Positions 13,644 through 25,700 of a stretch of DNA of 64,000 nt are shown one piece after another (positions within the stretch are counted from its first letter, which is position 1; each line of letters starts with the position of its first letter). The stretch is taken from the NCBI GenBank assembly GCA_043228905.1, contig JBHGNT010000007.1, forward strand, positions 9,610,001 through 9,674,000, given 5' to 3'. Under the pieces are notes generated by a model that saw only the letters and a program-made list of their open reading frames with translations, was not told the DNA's origin and made no database searches. The translations under genes were made by a program, and so were the position numbers. This DNA is from Azolla caroliniana. Taxonomy: Eukaryota; Plantae; Polypodiophyta.

Positions 13644-16600
13644 ATTCCTTCCAAGCAAGTTAGCAATGTGTTCCTAGCCCAAGTCATTGTTAGTATTAAA
13701 AGTACTCCCCCAGTACCCGTCCTAGCACTTTTAGATTCCGGAGCTAATTCCTGTTTCATGGATCGAAATTTTGCCCAAGCTTCTCAGATATCCTTAAGAA
13801 AACTTCCTTGTCCCGCATCTGTAGTGGTCATTGATGGTCGTCCCATTGCTTCCGGGAATATTGTAGAAGAATCAGAACCCATTCAAGTTGTCCTAGGTAG
13901 TTTTGTGTGTATAATATCATTTAATATAATTAGTAGTCCAGAGCATCCCATTGTCCTAGGATTACCTTGGCTTGAATTACATAATCCAGCCATAGATTGG
14001 AGAACAAGAGAAGTCCGATATCGACCACCCCAAGAATCAACTCACCGAGTTTCGACCATTTCACTCCATCAACTACGCGAAGAAGGACCCAAGGAGGCAA
14101 TGTTCCTATTTGCCATATCAGTACATCCTTCTAGCACTATTAAGAAGGACTCCTCAATACAACTTCCGGCAAAATATCATCCTTATGCCGATGTATTTGA
14201 CAAGGTAAAAGCCGGTACCCTTCCTCATCACCGTCCCTATGACTGTCCCATCGATTTACAACCAGGAACCGAGCCACCATGGGGACCAATTTACAACTTG
14301 TCACCCACCGAGTTAGAAGTCCTTCGAGCCTACATAGAGGAGAACTTGGCAAGCGGGTTCATCCGTCATTCGAAATCTCCGGCCGGTGCACCCATCTTCT
14401 TTGTCAAGAAGAAAGATGGCTCACTTCGTCTTGTCGTTGATTACCGCGGATTGAATAAAGTCACCATCCGGAATAGGTATGCACTTCCTCTTATATCAAG
14501 TCTTTTAGAGCGAGTTAATGGTGCCAAGTTTTTTACTAAAATCGACCTACGAGGAGCGTATAATCTCGTGCGGATCCGACCGGGAGATGAGTGGAAGACC
14601 GCTTTTCGCACGCGGTATGGGCATTTCGAGTATACTGTTATGCCGTTTGGCCTAACCAATGCACCCGCAGTCTTCCAACACATGGCAAATGATATATTCA
14701 GAGAACTCTTGGATATCTGTTTGATCATTTATCTGGATGATCTGTTGATTTATTCGAAGACCCAGGAAGAGCACGATTCTCATGTACTATTAGTACTAAA
14801 GCGACTCCGCGAGAATGGTCTTTATGCCAAGCTAGAGAAATGTAGCTTTGACTGCAAGCAAGTGGAATTTCTAGGCTACGTCATCTCCTCAAAGGGCATC
14901 GCCATGGATCCAGCTAAAATCCAAACTGTACTAGAGTGGCAAATTCCACGGTCGGTACGAGATGTACAATGTTTTCTAGGCTTTGCTAACTTCTACCGTA
15001 AGTTTATACAGGATTACTCGAAGATTATTTTACCTCTCACACAACTTACGAAGAAGGGCCAAGCATTTCTTTGGTCCATCGAAGCAGATATGGCTTTTCG
15101 GCATCTTAAGAAAGCCTTTACATCAGCACCGATTCTAGCTCATGTGGATACAAGCAAACCATTCATCATGGAGGCCGACGCATCAGATTTCGCCCTCGGT
15201 AGCATCCTTTCTCAACAAGGCGATAAAGAAGAGTTGCATCCGGTGGCTTTCCATTCGCGCAAATTCAATGTCGCAGAAATCAACTACGAAATACATGACA
15301 AGGAGTTATTAGCCATCGTGGATTCATTTGTACAATGGCGGCATTTTTTAGAGGGCTCTCCACATCAGGTCATTGTCTTTAGCGATCATAAAAATCTTGC
15401 TTATTTTCAGAACGCTCGCGTACTAAATCGACGGCAAGCTCGGTGGGCGCAATTCCTCACGCGTTTCAACTTCGAAATCACATATCGACCGGGGAAGCAG
15501 CAAGGAAAAGCAGATGCACTATCACGGCGTTCATATCTTGCACCTCGTCCTGGTGACGCAACATTTGATAATCAAAAGCAAGTAATCTTGGGACCAACAC
15601 GATTGCACACGACGCGGATTTTTCACACCCCGATGGATTCACGGATTACCGATGACATACGTGCAACCTTGAAGACGGATAGTTTTGCTCAAGACATCCT
15701 GGCGCACATTGATACTTCTCGGGCATCCTGTTCTCAGTCTCAACAACCAGGTATTGACTACCGACAATTCGAATATCATGATGGTTTGTTATTCTTTAAA
15801 AAGCGCGTATATGTCCCCGATTGCTCCTGTCGCCTTCAAATCGTCCAACATTGTCACGACACCCATACGGCGGGACATTTCGGTAGTACCAAGACGTTGG
15901 AGTTAGTGCAGCGATCTTTTTGGTGGCCCCACATGCGCCGTTTTGTCGACGACTATGTTCGGACCTGTGATGCTTGCTGCCGAGCAAAGATGCCACGACA
16001 CCATCCATATGGCTTGTTGGAACCTTTACCAATTCCAAGTAAGCCATGGCAGTCTATTTGTCTTGATTTTATTACAGATCTGCCGGTCTCGAAGGGGTTC
16101 GATGCTATTCTAACCGTCGTCGATCGATATACGAAGATGGCACATTTTGTGCCATGTACTAAAGCCATCACTAGCGAGGAAACCGCCGCTCTTGTTATGC
16201 GTGAGGTATTTCGGCATCATGGCCTACCAGACAGTATTATCAGTGATCGAGGCCCACAATTTGTCTCCAAATTTTGGCAGCATCTCTTCAGGATGCTCAA
16301 GGTCTCCTGCAACCTCTCCTCCGGCTATCATCCTCAAACTGACGGACAGGCGGAACGAACAAACCAAACGTTGGAGCAATATCTCCGGTGTTTCCTGAGT
16401 TATCAACAAGACGATTGGGCCGAGATTCTCCACTTTGCGGAGTTTGCGTATAATAATGCTATTCACTCCTCGACTCGGGTCTCCCCATTTCTCGCTTATA
16501 CCGGTTTCCATCCTCGCTGGTCGGTGATCGACACTCCGGAGCTACCTACCAACCCTCGTGCCGAGGACCATTTGCAGAGGCTACGCAAGATCCAGATGGA

Positions 16601-17144
16601 TCTCTCTACTCACCTTCGTCATGCTCAACACACACAGAAGACTTATGCGGATCGTCATCGGATTCCCTCCTCTTTTGCCATCGGAGATCGAGTATGGCTC
16701 TTACGTCGTCACATCAAGACTACTCGACCGTGCGACAAGTTGGATTATCGACGACTCGGTCCTTTCCGTATTACGAGGAAGATTAATGATGTCACCTTTC
16801 GCCTGGATCTCCCTCCGCAGCTTCAGATACATCCGGTTTTCCATTGTTCTCTTCTTGAACCTTATAAAACAAACACCATTCCCGATCGTGTGACACCACC
16901 GCCGCCCCCGCTGGAGTTGGACACCGGCCCGGAGTATGAAGTTGCTGCCATCCTCGATTCCAAACTTGTTCGCAACAAACTTTATTACTTGGTCGATTGG
17001 CTCGGTTATAGTCCGAGCGAACGTACTTGGGAACCCGTCGAGAATGTTGCCAATGCACAAGATCTTCTTGCTGATTTCCACCGAAAGTATCCGGACAAAC
17101 CCGGTCCGCAGTTAGCGCCGACTCGTTCCACTCGTCGTCTTTAA
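13572..17144 (+). CDS. Gypsy Pol: protease, RT, RNase H, integrase, chromodomain (uninterrupted, 1190 aa)
   Basis: LLDSGA; KTAFRTRYGHFEY; IYLDD; ADASDFALG; HHCC zinc finger; SDRGPQF; GPF; YEVAAILD..YLVDWLGY..TWEP chromodomain. Confidence 0.96.
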   Translation: MSPAKIGAIWLDSSPRSVQPISGSIPSKQVSNVFLAQVIVSIKSTPPVPVLALLDSGANSCFMDRNFAQASQISLRKLPCPASVVVIDGRPIASGNIVEESEPIQVVLGSFVCIISFNIISSPEHPIVLGLPWLELHNPAIDWRTREVRYRPPQESTHRVSTISLHQLREEGPKEAMFLFAISVHPSSTIKKDSSIQLPAKYHPYADVFDKVKAGTLPHHRPYDCPIDLQPGTEPPWGPIYNLSPTELEVLRAYIEENLASGFIRHSKSPAGAPIFFVKKKDGSLRLVVDYRGLNKVTIRNRYALPLISSLLERVNGAKFFTKIDLRGAYNLVRIRPGDEWKTAFRTRYGHFEYTVMPFGLTNAPAVFQHMANDIFRELLDICLIIYLDDLLIYSKTQEEHDSHVLLVLKRLRENGLYAKLEKCSFDCKQVEFLGYVISSKGIAMDPAKIQTVLEWQIPRSVRDVQCFLGFANFYRKFIQDYSKIILPLTQLTKKGQAFLWSIEADMAFRHLKKAFTSAPILAHVDTSKPFIMEADASDFALGSILSQQGDKEELHPVAFHSRKFNVAEINYEIHDKELLAIVDSFVQWRHFLEGSPHQVIVFSDHKNLAYFQNARVLNRRQARWAQFLTRFNFEITYRPGKQQGKADALSRRSYLAPRPGDATFDNQKQVILGPTRLHTTRIFHTPMDSRITDDIRATLKTDSFAQDILAHIDTSRASCSQSQQPGIDYRQFEYHDGLLFFKKRVYVPDCSCRLQIVQHCHDTHTAGHFGSTKTLELVQRSFWWPHMRRFVDDYVRTCDACCRAKMPRHHPYGLLEPLPIPSKPWQSICLDFITDLPVSKGFDAILTVVDRYTKMAHFVPCTKAITSEETAALVMREVFRHHGLPDSIISDRGPQFVSKFWQHLFRMLKVSCNLSSGYHPQTDGQAERTNQTLEQYLRCFLSYQQDDWAEILHFAEFAYNNAIHSSTRVSPFLAYTGFHPRWSVIDTPELPTNPRAEDHLQRLRKIQMDLSTHLRHAQHTQKTYADRHRIPSSFAIGDRVWLLRRHIKTTRPCDKLDYRRLGPFRITRKINDVTFRLDLPPQLQIHPVFHCSLLEPYKTNTIPDRVTPPPPPLELDTGPEYEVAAILDSKLVRNKLYYLVDWLGYSPSERTWEPVENVANAQDLLADFHRKYPDKPGPQLAPTRSTRRL

Positions 17145-17155
17145 GGGGGAGATAG

Positions 17156-17588
17156 TGTCATGGCAAGACTCGAACCCATGACTTTATGCTACATGGGTCG
17201 AGCTCTTACCATTAGATTAGGAGTTGTATTTTGTAGGATATTATTTTCATTTATACTTTATCATAGAAAATTGATGTATATTCCAGATCTCTCTGGAACA
17301 TTCTAGAAGCTTCAAGATTATTCCTAAAAACACTATAAAAGGAGGCACAAGGCATTGTTTTGAACCAAATTGGTTCAACGCCAGTCTTAAGCCTCTTAGC
17401 CGCTTGTACTTATCTTTTCACATAATATATAGCTGCTGTCATCATCTCTCTCATTCTCGCTATCTCTCTCTCTCTCTCCTCTTCTCACTTCCTCTCTCGG
17501 GAATCTTACGCAGTCCCGTCCTCTTAGTACTAATAGTACTGCTGTTCTTAGTACTAATTCCATCTCTGTTTTAGTACTATTCCTGACA
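17156..17588 (+). repeat. 3' LTR of the gypsy element
   Basis: Matches the 5' LTR; followed by TSD TTAGA. Confidence 0.97.
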
Positions 17589-18879
17589 TTAGATACACTA
17601 GATATAAAGAAATTAGGTAGATACATCTTAGAATTGAAACAACACAGAGAGAATAAGTTACAAAACGTTGATAATAATGTTGCTAATGTTTACCAACATG
17701 TAACAAATGAAGTTTTTCAGGAATAAGGGGAGACAATGAATGTCGACACACCTACACCACTCGGGCTTTTCCTTGATGAAGCAGAAAATCAAAGAAGAAC
17801 CAAACGCCCTTGGATGTTGGGTTTCAAAGCAACTCGACGAGATGTAGAAGCAATAAAGAAAATAAGGGAAAGTGAACTACACCGCCTAGAAGCCATGGCT
17901 AGGGCACTCTATGCATGGGGACCATGGGTCACACCCACACCAAAAACTTTTGACCTCCCACTTCTTTTAGAGAGACTTGGGTGGAAATGAGATTAGGCTT
18001 AATGCAAAGTTTTGTACACTTAGAACTTTCTTAGCTTAAGCTATTTTCTTTTATTTTAGTTTTGATGATTGGATAAACACTCATTTTTGTTGTAAACCTA
18101 TTGTCTCATGGGCCAAATTTGGCCTTAGAAGACGTTAATATTTCTTTCTTTCTTTCTCTTCATTAACTACCGAAACTCATGGGTCATGGGGAATGTGAAA
18201 ACTCATTAGTTATGTGTCATAGAATATGATTCTATGACACATAGTTAATGTGTAGATAAGAGTGGTGACTTTTGACCTTTGAGTGCACACTCTCAAGGGT
18301 GTGTTCACACACTAGACTAGGTTGAGCTTGATTCTCAACAAAAACATATCCTATAATAAGAACATTGCAGTAGACTATCTTTCGAACGGGAAGCATAAGA
18401 AACAATTCATGTATGTGACTTCATCTCCAGAATTTCGTTGAAGTTGCATCTTCTTGACTTGATCAACGCATCCTCACCTTACTCCTCTTTTTGCTTTTTC
18501 AAGTGATCCAACATGTCAACTATTCATATGAGATGATCCCTTTACATTGCATATGTTGTAAACCTTCGAACTATCATGAAGACCAGTCATGCTAGTAACG
18601 CCTTCCATGTCACCACATCACGAAACGAGACCTTATGGACTATATCTCTGACTTGATCAATCCCAACAGCTTTTGAATACATATCCATTAAATAAAAAAC
18701 AATACTCTCCATTGCCTCTGTAGGTGTTGCATATGTACAAGCCAAACTTCCCATGTTGCCCTAGAGCTGTTTCCTTCAATCGCATTCTGTTAAAGTTCTG
18801 AATCGCAGTCTTTTGGATATAATAATTCGGAATATACTTCGTCGAATACAACAGACACATGCAAAAGAAAATGCTTTTG

Positions 18880-21800
18880 ATTTCGTCGTTACTTTAATTA
18901 AACAATATACCTCTTACCTTTCATACGAGTGTAAATAAGTTGAATAAGCAATTATGTTATACTTTATGTTATAGAAGGCGAACTTTTCATCAAATTCAAA
19001 TCATTATCGATGATTGGTAATAGACTCGATAATTGTAACCCATTATAGCATATAAGATTTAATAAGATATTTATGGTAAGACCTAATTTTGAATTGACTA
19101 TGATTGGGAATAGAGTCAATAATTCTAACCCACTATAGCATACAAGATTTAATAATTATAGTAAGACCTAACCTTAAATTGAATTTTCAAAATACGAAAC
19201 ATTTTTGCCCTAAGATATCTAGAAACATGATATCATCCTTGCATTGTCGTAGTGGAAGCCAATTTTCTTCGGTGAAAGCTGAGTATCCCATCCAACTAAA
19301 CTACAATGCAATTTTCTCTAGTGAAAACTGAGTATCCCATCCAACTAAACTAGAATTGACTCGCACGAAATAATTGAATATTCTTAACACATAAAATATG
19401 TCACGTATCGAGTAAATGCATAGGACACATGATACACTTTACGTTTTTGAACATGTATTTTACTTTTAAATTCAATACCAATGGATATTTGGAATTAGAG
19501 GCTAGAATTGTAACCCAATACATGTAGATTATGTCATTAGAGGAGAGCTTGGTTTACTAAAGGAGAGCTTCAAGTATGTTTCCATTTAAGTGAAATGTGA
19601 TTTTATCCTCTTTTATGAATTATCGAGAAAAGTCGTTACTTTACTCAAACAATATACCTCGTACTTTTCATACAAGTGAAATTGAGTTCAATCAGCAATT
19701 ATGTTATACCGTATGTTATAGAAGTCGAACTTTTCATCAAATTCAAATCATTATCGATGATTGGGGAAAAACTCAATAATTCTAACCCACTATAGCATGT
19801 AAGAGTTAATAAGATATTTATGGTAAGACGTAATTTTGAATTGACATTGATTGGGAATAGAGTCAACAATTCTAACCCACTATAACAAACAAGATTTAAT
19901 AAGATATTTATGGTAAGACCTAATCTTGAATTGAATAGGTAAGATTTGGAACATTTTTGCCCTAAGATATCTAGAAAGATGACAGCGTTCTTCCATTGCA
20001 ATAGTGGAACCCAAATTTCTCCGATGCAAGCCAAGTATCCCATCAAACTAAACTACAATACAATTTTATCCGGTGAAAGCCGAGTATCCCTTCCAACGAA
20101 ACTATGACGGACTTGTTAGAAATAATTGAATATTCTGAACATGTAAAATATCTCATGTATCGATTAAATGCGCAAGACACATGATACGCTTTAGGTTTTC
20201 GACCATGTATTTTACTTTTAAATTCAATACTGATGGGTATTTGGAATTAGAGACCACAATTGTAACCCAATACATGAAGATTATGTCATTAGACATATTC
20301 TATGGTACCACAAGGTTTAATGTCTTGTATTCCCAATTATGAGAAATTTTTCCTATAAGATGCCACCTGAACTCGACTTGATGTTTCCATTGTTGGACTT
20401 CAACCCAGGTTGCTTGGGTGAAAGCCGAGTATCCTAACCAATTAGACTACAATGGACATAACAAAGTTAAAGAATTTTTCTCTAAAGTAAAAGAAAATGT
20501 CAATTAACCATAAATTGCGGAAACGCAAGATGACACATGATATCCTAGTGTTGCCTTCGTGGTTGTTGGTTTTCTAAAGGAGAGCTTCAAGTATGTTTCC
20601 TTTTAAGTGAAATGTGATTTTATCCCCTTGAATCAATTATCGAGAGATGTCGTTACTTTAATTAAACATTATACCTCATACCTTTCATACGACTGAAACG
20701 GAGTTCAATCGGCAATTATGTTATGCTTTATGTTATAGAAGACGAATTTTTTATCAAATTCAAAGAATCATCGATGATTGGGAATAGACTCAATAATTCT
20801 ACCCGAGTATAGCATATAACATTTAATAAGATATAGATGGTAAGAACTAAATTTGAATTAACTTTGATTGGGAATAGAGTCAATAATTCTAACCCACTAT
20901 TAAGAATTAATAAGATATTTATCATAAGACCTAATTTTGAATTGACATTGTAAGATACGAAACATTTTTGCCCTAAGATGTCTACAAACATGACATCGTC
21001 CTTCCATTGTCATAGTGGAACCCAATTTTCTTCGGTGAAAGCCAAGTATCCCATCCAAGTAAACTACAATGCAATTTTCTCCGGTGAAAACTGAGTATCC
21101 CATCAAATTAAACTACAATGGACTTGTTAGAAATAATTGAAGATTCTTAACACATAAAATATGTCACGTATCGATTAAACAATATACCTCATACTTTTGA
21201 TACAATATACCTCGTACCATTCATACGAGTGAAAATGAGTTCGATCCACAATTTTGTTATACATTATGTTATAGAACGCGAACTTTTAATCAAATTTAAA
21301 ACATTATCGATGATTGGGAATAGACTCAATAATTCTAACCCATTATAGCATATAGGATTTAATAAGTTATTTATGGTAAACCCTAATTCTGAATTGACTT
21401 TTATCTGGAATAGAGTCAATCATTCTAACCCACCATAGTGTACAAGATTTCATAAGATATTGATGGTAAGACCTACCTACTCTTGAATTGAATTTGTAAA
21501 ATATGAAACATTTTAGCCCTAAGATATCTAGAAACATGACATCGTCCTTCCATTGCCAGAGTGGAACCCAATTTTCTCCGGTGAAAGCCGAGTATCCCAT
21601 CCTACTAAACTACAATGGACTCGCTAGAAATAATTGAATATTCTTAACACATAAAATACATCACGTATCGAGTAAATATGCAAGACACATGATACCCTTC
21701 ACATATTGATTAAATACGCAAGACACATGATACACTTTAGGTTTTCCAACATGTATTGTAGTTTTAAGTTCAATACTGATGGATATTTGGAATTAGAGGC

Positions 21801-21930
21801 CATAATTGTAACATGTAGTTTTAAGTTCAATATTGACGGATATTTGGAATTAGAGGTTACAACTTAATATTGATGGATATTTGGAATTAGAGGCCATAAA
21901 TGTAACTGTATACATGTCGATTCAATACTG
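18880..21930 (-). repeat. Left tandem array of the tRNA-Glu-derived repeat (minus orientation)
   Basis: Reverse complement of the units at 41095-58437. One type-A tRNA-Glu copy (20385-20456) and four type-B copies (~19240, ~19992, ~21002, 21548-21619), three with partial internal duplications. Confidence 0.9.
20385..20456 (-). pseudogene. tRNA-Glu(TTC) pseudogene, type A
   Basis: TCCATTGTAGTCTAATTGGTTAGGATACTCGGCTTTCACCCAAG...CAATGGAA; T-arm damaged. Confidence 0.8.
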
Positions 21931-22330
21931 ATGTTGGAGCTTTTGTGCAGCCGTATTGGCCGCAAAAATCTTCTTGAGATTGGCCCACGCTTCTTTCGAC
22001 GTTTTCGACTCTCGAATATAACCGAGCATGTGATGATGAACGCATGATGCAAGGCAATACAACACACGGCTTGCGGCCTGCTCCACGATGGGTAGTCGGT
22101 GTATGTTGGGTTGGGTTGCGTTTCGTGAGCTCCTTCGATATAGCCTCCAGTAACCTTAACCGACAAGGTATTGATGCATCTTACATATTCCCAAGATGCA
22201 AAGTTTGTTCTGTCGAGCTTCTATGTAGGAAGAGCGATTCCCATCTGAGTATTCATGACGTCGATTACTTTCGATGTTGCTTGAACCGGTTCTGACGATT
22301 AACACAATTGAGCGAGTTTGATCAGATAAG
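21930..22330 (-). mobile_element. Copia 5'UTR/gag N-terminal fragment (family of elements B/D/E)
   Basis: MNTQMGIALPT*KLDRTNFASWE..KMHQYLVG...ANTAAQKLQ, fused directly to the array. Confidence 0.8.
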
Positions 22331-22341
22331 CACACGCTCTC

Positions 22342-22383
22342 ATATATACATATATATGTATTATATATACATATATATATATC

Positions 22384-22442
<59 letters not shown>

Positions 22443-22511
22443 TATGCAGGATCATCCAACCTATTACTACTATTACTAGAGTCTCTACTACTATTTCTGC
22501 CACTACATACA

Positions 22512-22542
<31 letters not shown>

Positions 22543-22553
22543 GCTACATACAT
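22342..22553. repeat. Compound microsatellite (TA)n-(GA)n-(TAC)n-(TACA)n in the NUP107 proximal promoter
   Basis: Directly visible; ends ~110 bp before the ATG at 22660. Confidence 0.9.
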
Positions 22554-22659
22554 ACTGAGAAAAGAGCTCCTCCAGCCAAAACCCTTTTTTTCAGGAGAAG
22601 AACCCTCCCCTCTCTGAGCAGAAACCTAGTGCACAATCTCCATCTCCATCGCCATCTCC

Positions 22660-22758
22660 ATGGCTGGAGGGTTCATCGAAGGTTTCCTGGAGCAGACTCC
22701 TCTTCTTCACGGAGGAGAACGCGAGTCTTATCGCAGATACAGGTAAAGTGAAAATTCC

Positions 22759-22797
<39 letters not shown>

Positions 22798-25700
22798 TGC
22801 CTTTCTTTGTCGTTAGAAAATAATCTCTGTCTGTTTTAACTGTCTTCTTCTACGCCATTCTAATATGTGATTCTTCTTGTTCACATTGACCTTAGACTTT
22901 ATTTTCTTAATCTCCTTTTCTTATCTTTCTGTTTCTGTTTCCGTGTGCTCTCACATGGAAAGTTGAATCAATCTTCAATTCGTTTTACATTTGTCTACCT
23001 CGAAGCTTTAGGAAATGTTATATATGAAGATTTAGAAATTACCTCGGGAAAATTTAACAAATTGTGTGAAGTTTTAGAAACGGTTTTGGGTTCTATTTTA
23101 GAAAATGCTTATAGTCACATTCTTGTGTGGAAGTCAATCTAGAAAATTCTCGTGAAAAATATAAACTCTTTTTTGTGAAGGTTTAGGAAATGGTTTTGAA
23201 AATATGGATCCGAAAAATGTAGATGTGTTTTTAAATTTGCAATTTTTTATGTACTGCAATAAATTGTTTTGAATCTATTCATGACTAATGGGTTGTGAAC
23301 TGTTTTTCAGATTTAGGGCAGTTTTCGTACATTTTGCTGGAATAATGTGAGATTGAATATAAATCCTATCAATAATAGATTCATGCAACCAAAATAAATT
23401 TAAACCTGTTTTTTGATCCTTCAATCTTAAGGAAAATTTGGTAAACCGACTGTTAGTGGTAATTTGCTGGAAACATGAAGCAAATCATTACATATGAAAG
23501 TATGATCTTTAGAGTGTGTGTAGGCACAGTTTATTGTTTGTAACTTTGATCATATTTGGTTAATAAGATATATGTATGTAAGGTAGATCTGGATTCATCA
23601 CTAAGTTTAGAAGTAACAAAGGCAGGACAGTGGTTTGGAAATTAAAATACCTTGAAGTTGTTAAGAAGTAACCTCCATGCTCATTAAGAATGCAATGGAG
23701 GCTGGTCGATTATACCAAGTGTATTATAGAAATAGGTCTAAAGCATGTAATGGCATGAACATTAAGAATGCAATGGAGATTGGTCAATTATACCAAATGT
23801 ATTATAGAAATAGGTCTAAAGCCTGTAATGGCATGATCCCATCTACATATAGTTTCTGTCTTCTGAATCATGTCATGATTTCTATAAACTTCATAACCGT
23901 CACCCGTGCAAACTATGAGTATGATATAAGATTTATGAACTTTTAAGGTGGGTTGAAAGAGCTCTAAAACTGATTTGTACTGTTGCAATAACTTCTTTAT
24001 CAATTTAGCCTACAATGCATTTGAATTTCAATTGAATCTGTTGTCTCCCAGGAAAAGGAGATCATCTGCAGGTTTCATGTTCCCTCAAGAAAGTGGAGTA
24101 GGTGACTCATTCACGTCTGCTGACACTGTGAAAGAAGAAAATGATCCTGAAGAAGAGCGAGTAACATACATGAGATATAGCCCTTCTAGTAGTAGAAGAG
24201 TGAAATCACCTGGTTCTGACTTACGCGACGGGCATATTCCTATAAAAAGTCTCTATGAAGATGATGAATTCTCTGTACCTGTGACAGGAGGAACAATGCC
24301 ATCTCTCCAGCTTGTAAAACAGGTTTGAAGATGTCCTTGTATTTGAACATGAGAGGTTTAAAATCCAAAAAGGTTGATAGTTACTTGTCTGAAAAACATT
24401 GTTGTGTCTTGAAAGTTTCCATGGTTGGTTGTTCATCAATTTTAGTGTGTAGGAACCCGAGGAAATCTCTGACAGTGGAGAATCATCCTTTTCTCGCTTT
24501 GGTTCTGTATTACAAGCTGCTTTACAAGGTATTGGATGGGAATGGATCAGGATTTTCATTTTGTTTAACTCCCTTTTTAGAAATATAGTGGTTAATGCTT
24601 GTTCTGAAGCCAAGCAGTAAACATAGTAGATGCAACTAGTGTAATTGGAGTTTGTGGCTCTTACTAGTTGTATCTATGCTGCTGGGTTATCATTCTAACT
24701 AGCCTTCATATTAAGATTGTATGAAAGTATTCTCATATATTCTTCGATTTCAGAATGTTTTGCAGTTCTTCGTTCATCTCTTCTATTTCCTTTTTTCTTT
24801 GGCTTGTTATTAGAGTGAGCAGAGCTCCACCTGTAGTGTTCTCTTTTCTTTTTTGTTGTTCTTGAAACACACTAGTAGAGGGTAATGCATACACTCCTTA
24901 AAGCACATATATTCTGGATCTGATTTTATAGTCTGTTAGTAAATTTCAATGCGTTCCTTTTCCTAAGATGATACTTTCATTTTAGGTTATATGCCCTTCC
25001 CAGATCTGATACTTAAATTTGAGGCCTGCTGCAAAGATCTTGCTGAGCATGTAAGGTATGCCACTTGACATATTTTTTATTGCAATTATCCAGTCAGATA
25101 ATAGACAATTTCTACAGTCTCATTCTTTGGTGAAGAATTTTAAAGATTGTGCAATGATGTGAAAGAGGAAAATATCAACAGATGGAGTTGTAATGCCAGG
25201 AGTTCTACTAACAAATAGGATGACTGAATAGTGTGATTCCGCTGGTAAACTACATATAAAACCAGTGTAGTCTGTTTCTGATAAAAAGGTAATCAATTTA
25301 GTTAGTACACAATTAGTGATAGTTTCCCAATTGTATGGGGAAAATAAAAGAAAATGTCAAGTAGCTGTTTCTTACGTAAAACAGGGAAGAGGCGCTGAAA
25401 TGCTCACAAGTTTTTCTTTGTTTCTCATATGCCTCTGAGCTTTCCTTATTTATGAAAATTCCTGATGTATCCTTCTAAATCAGCAGAAAAGTCTATAAAA
25501 CCAGTGTAGTCTGTTTCTGATAAAAAGGCAATCAATTTAGTTAGTGCACAATCAGTGATAGTTTCCCAATTGTATGGGGAAAATAAAAGAAAATGTCAAG
25601 TAGCTGTTTCTTATGTAAAACAGGGAAGAGACGCAGAAATACTCACAAGTTTTTCTTTGTTTCTCATATGCCTCTGAGCTTTCCTTATTTATGAAAATTC

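Larger units (their letters stand above)
11917..17588 (+). mobile_element. Full-length Ty3/gypsy chromovirus (Tcn1/Tf1-sushi-like), very recent insertion
   Basis: 433-bp LTRs at 11917-12349 and 17156-17588, identical by eye, TG..CA ends. TSD TTAGA at 11912-11916 and 17589-17593. PPT AAGGGGGAGATAG. Domain order PR-RT-RH-IN-chromodomain. Confidence 0.97.
8454..18154 (+). mobile_element. Non-LTR retrotransposon (RTE/RTEX-like LINE), decayed, interrupted by a gypsy at 11917-17588
   Basis: APE endonuclease (WNCNG, LVETH, LGNFNAR, DH) at 8600-9420, RT (FVDFRKAFD, KQGCPLSP, LLYADD) at 9768-11078, C-terminal CxxC..EDEYHF..CP motif at ~11790-11850. The ORF resumes after 17593. 3' GGCC hairpin and (TTTC)n tail at ~18110-18154. 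In-frame stops present. Confidence 0.88.
5670..18340 (-). mobile_element. Ty1/copia element B, 3'-truncated; its 5' LTR (8241-8453 + ~18155-18340) is split by a LINE
   Basis: Minus-strand gag (MNTQTGSALPSEKLDRNN), protease (WFVDSGASNH) and integrase over 5670-8088. PBS at 8229-8240. The LTR starts TGTAAAGAATC at 8241 and resumes with TCTTCATTAACTAC...ATTCTCAACA to 18340, matching the LTRs at 54565 and 58438. Confidence 0.9.

Noticed and set aside
18341-18880. Possible L1 ORF1 or other coding relic
   Set aside because: Too degenerate to support without a database search.
19104-21600. Short ORFs within the arrays (e.g. MGYSAFTGENWVPLWQWK)
   Set aside because: Incidental translations of the type-B tRNA-derived repeat, not conserved in length or frame.
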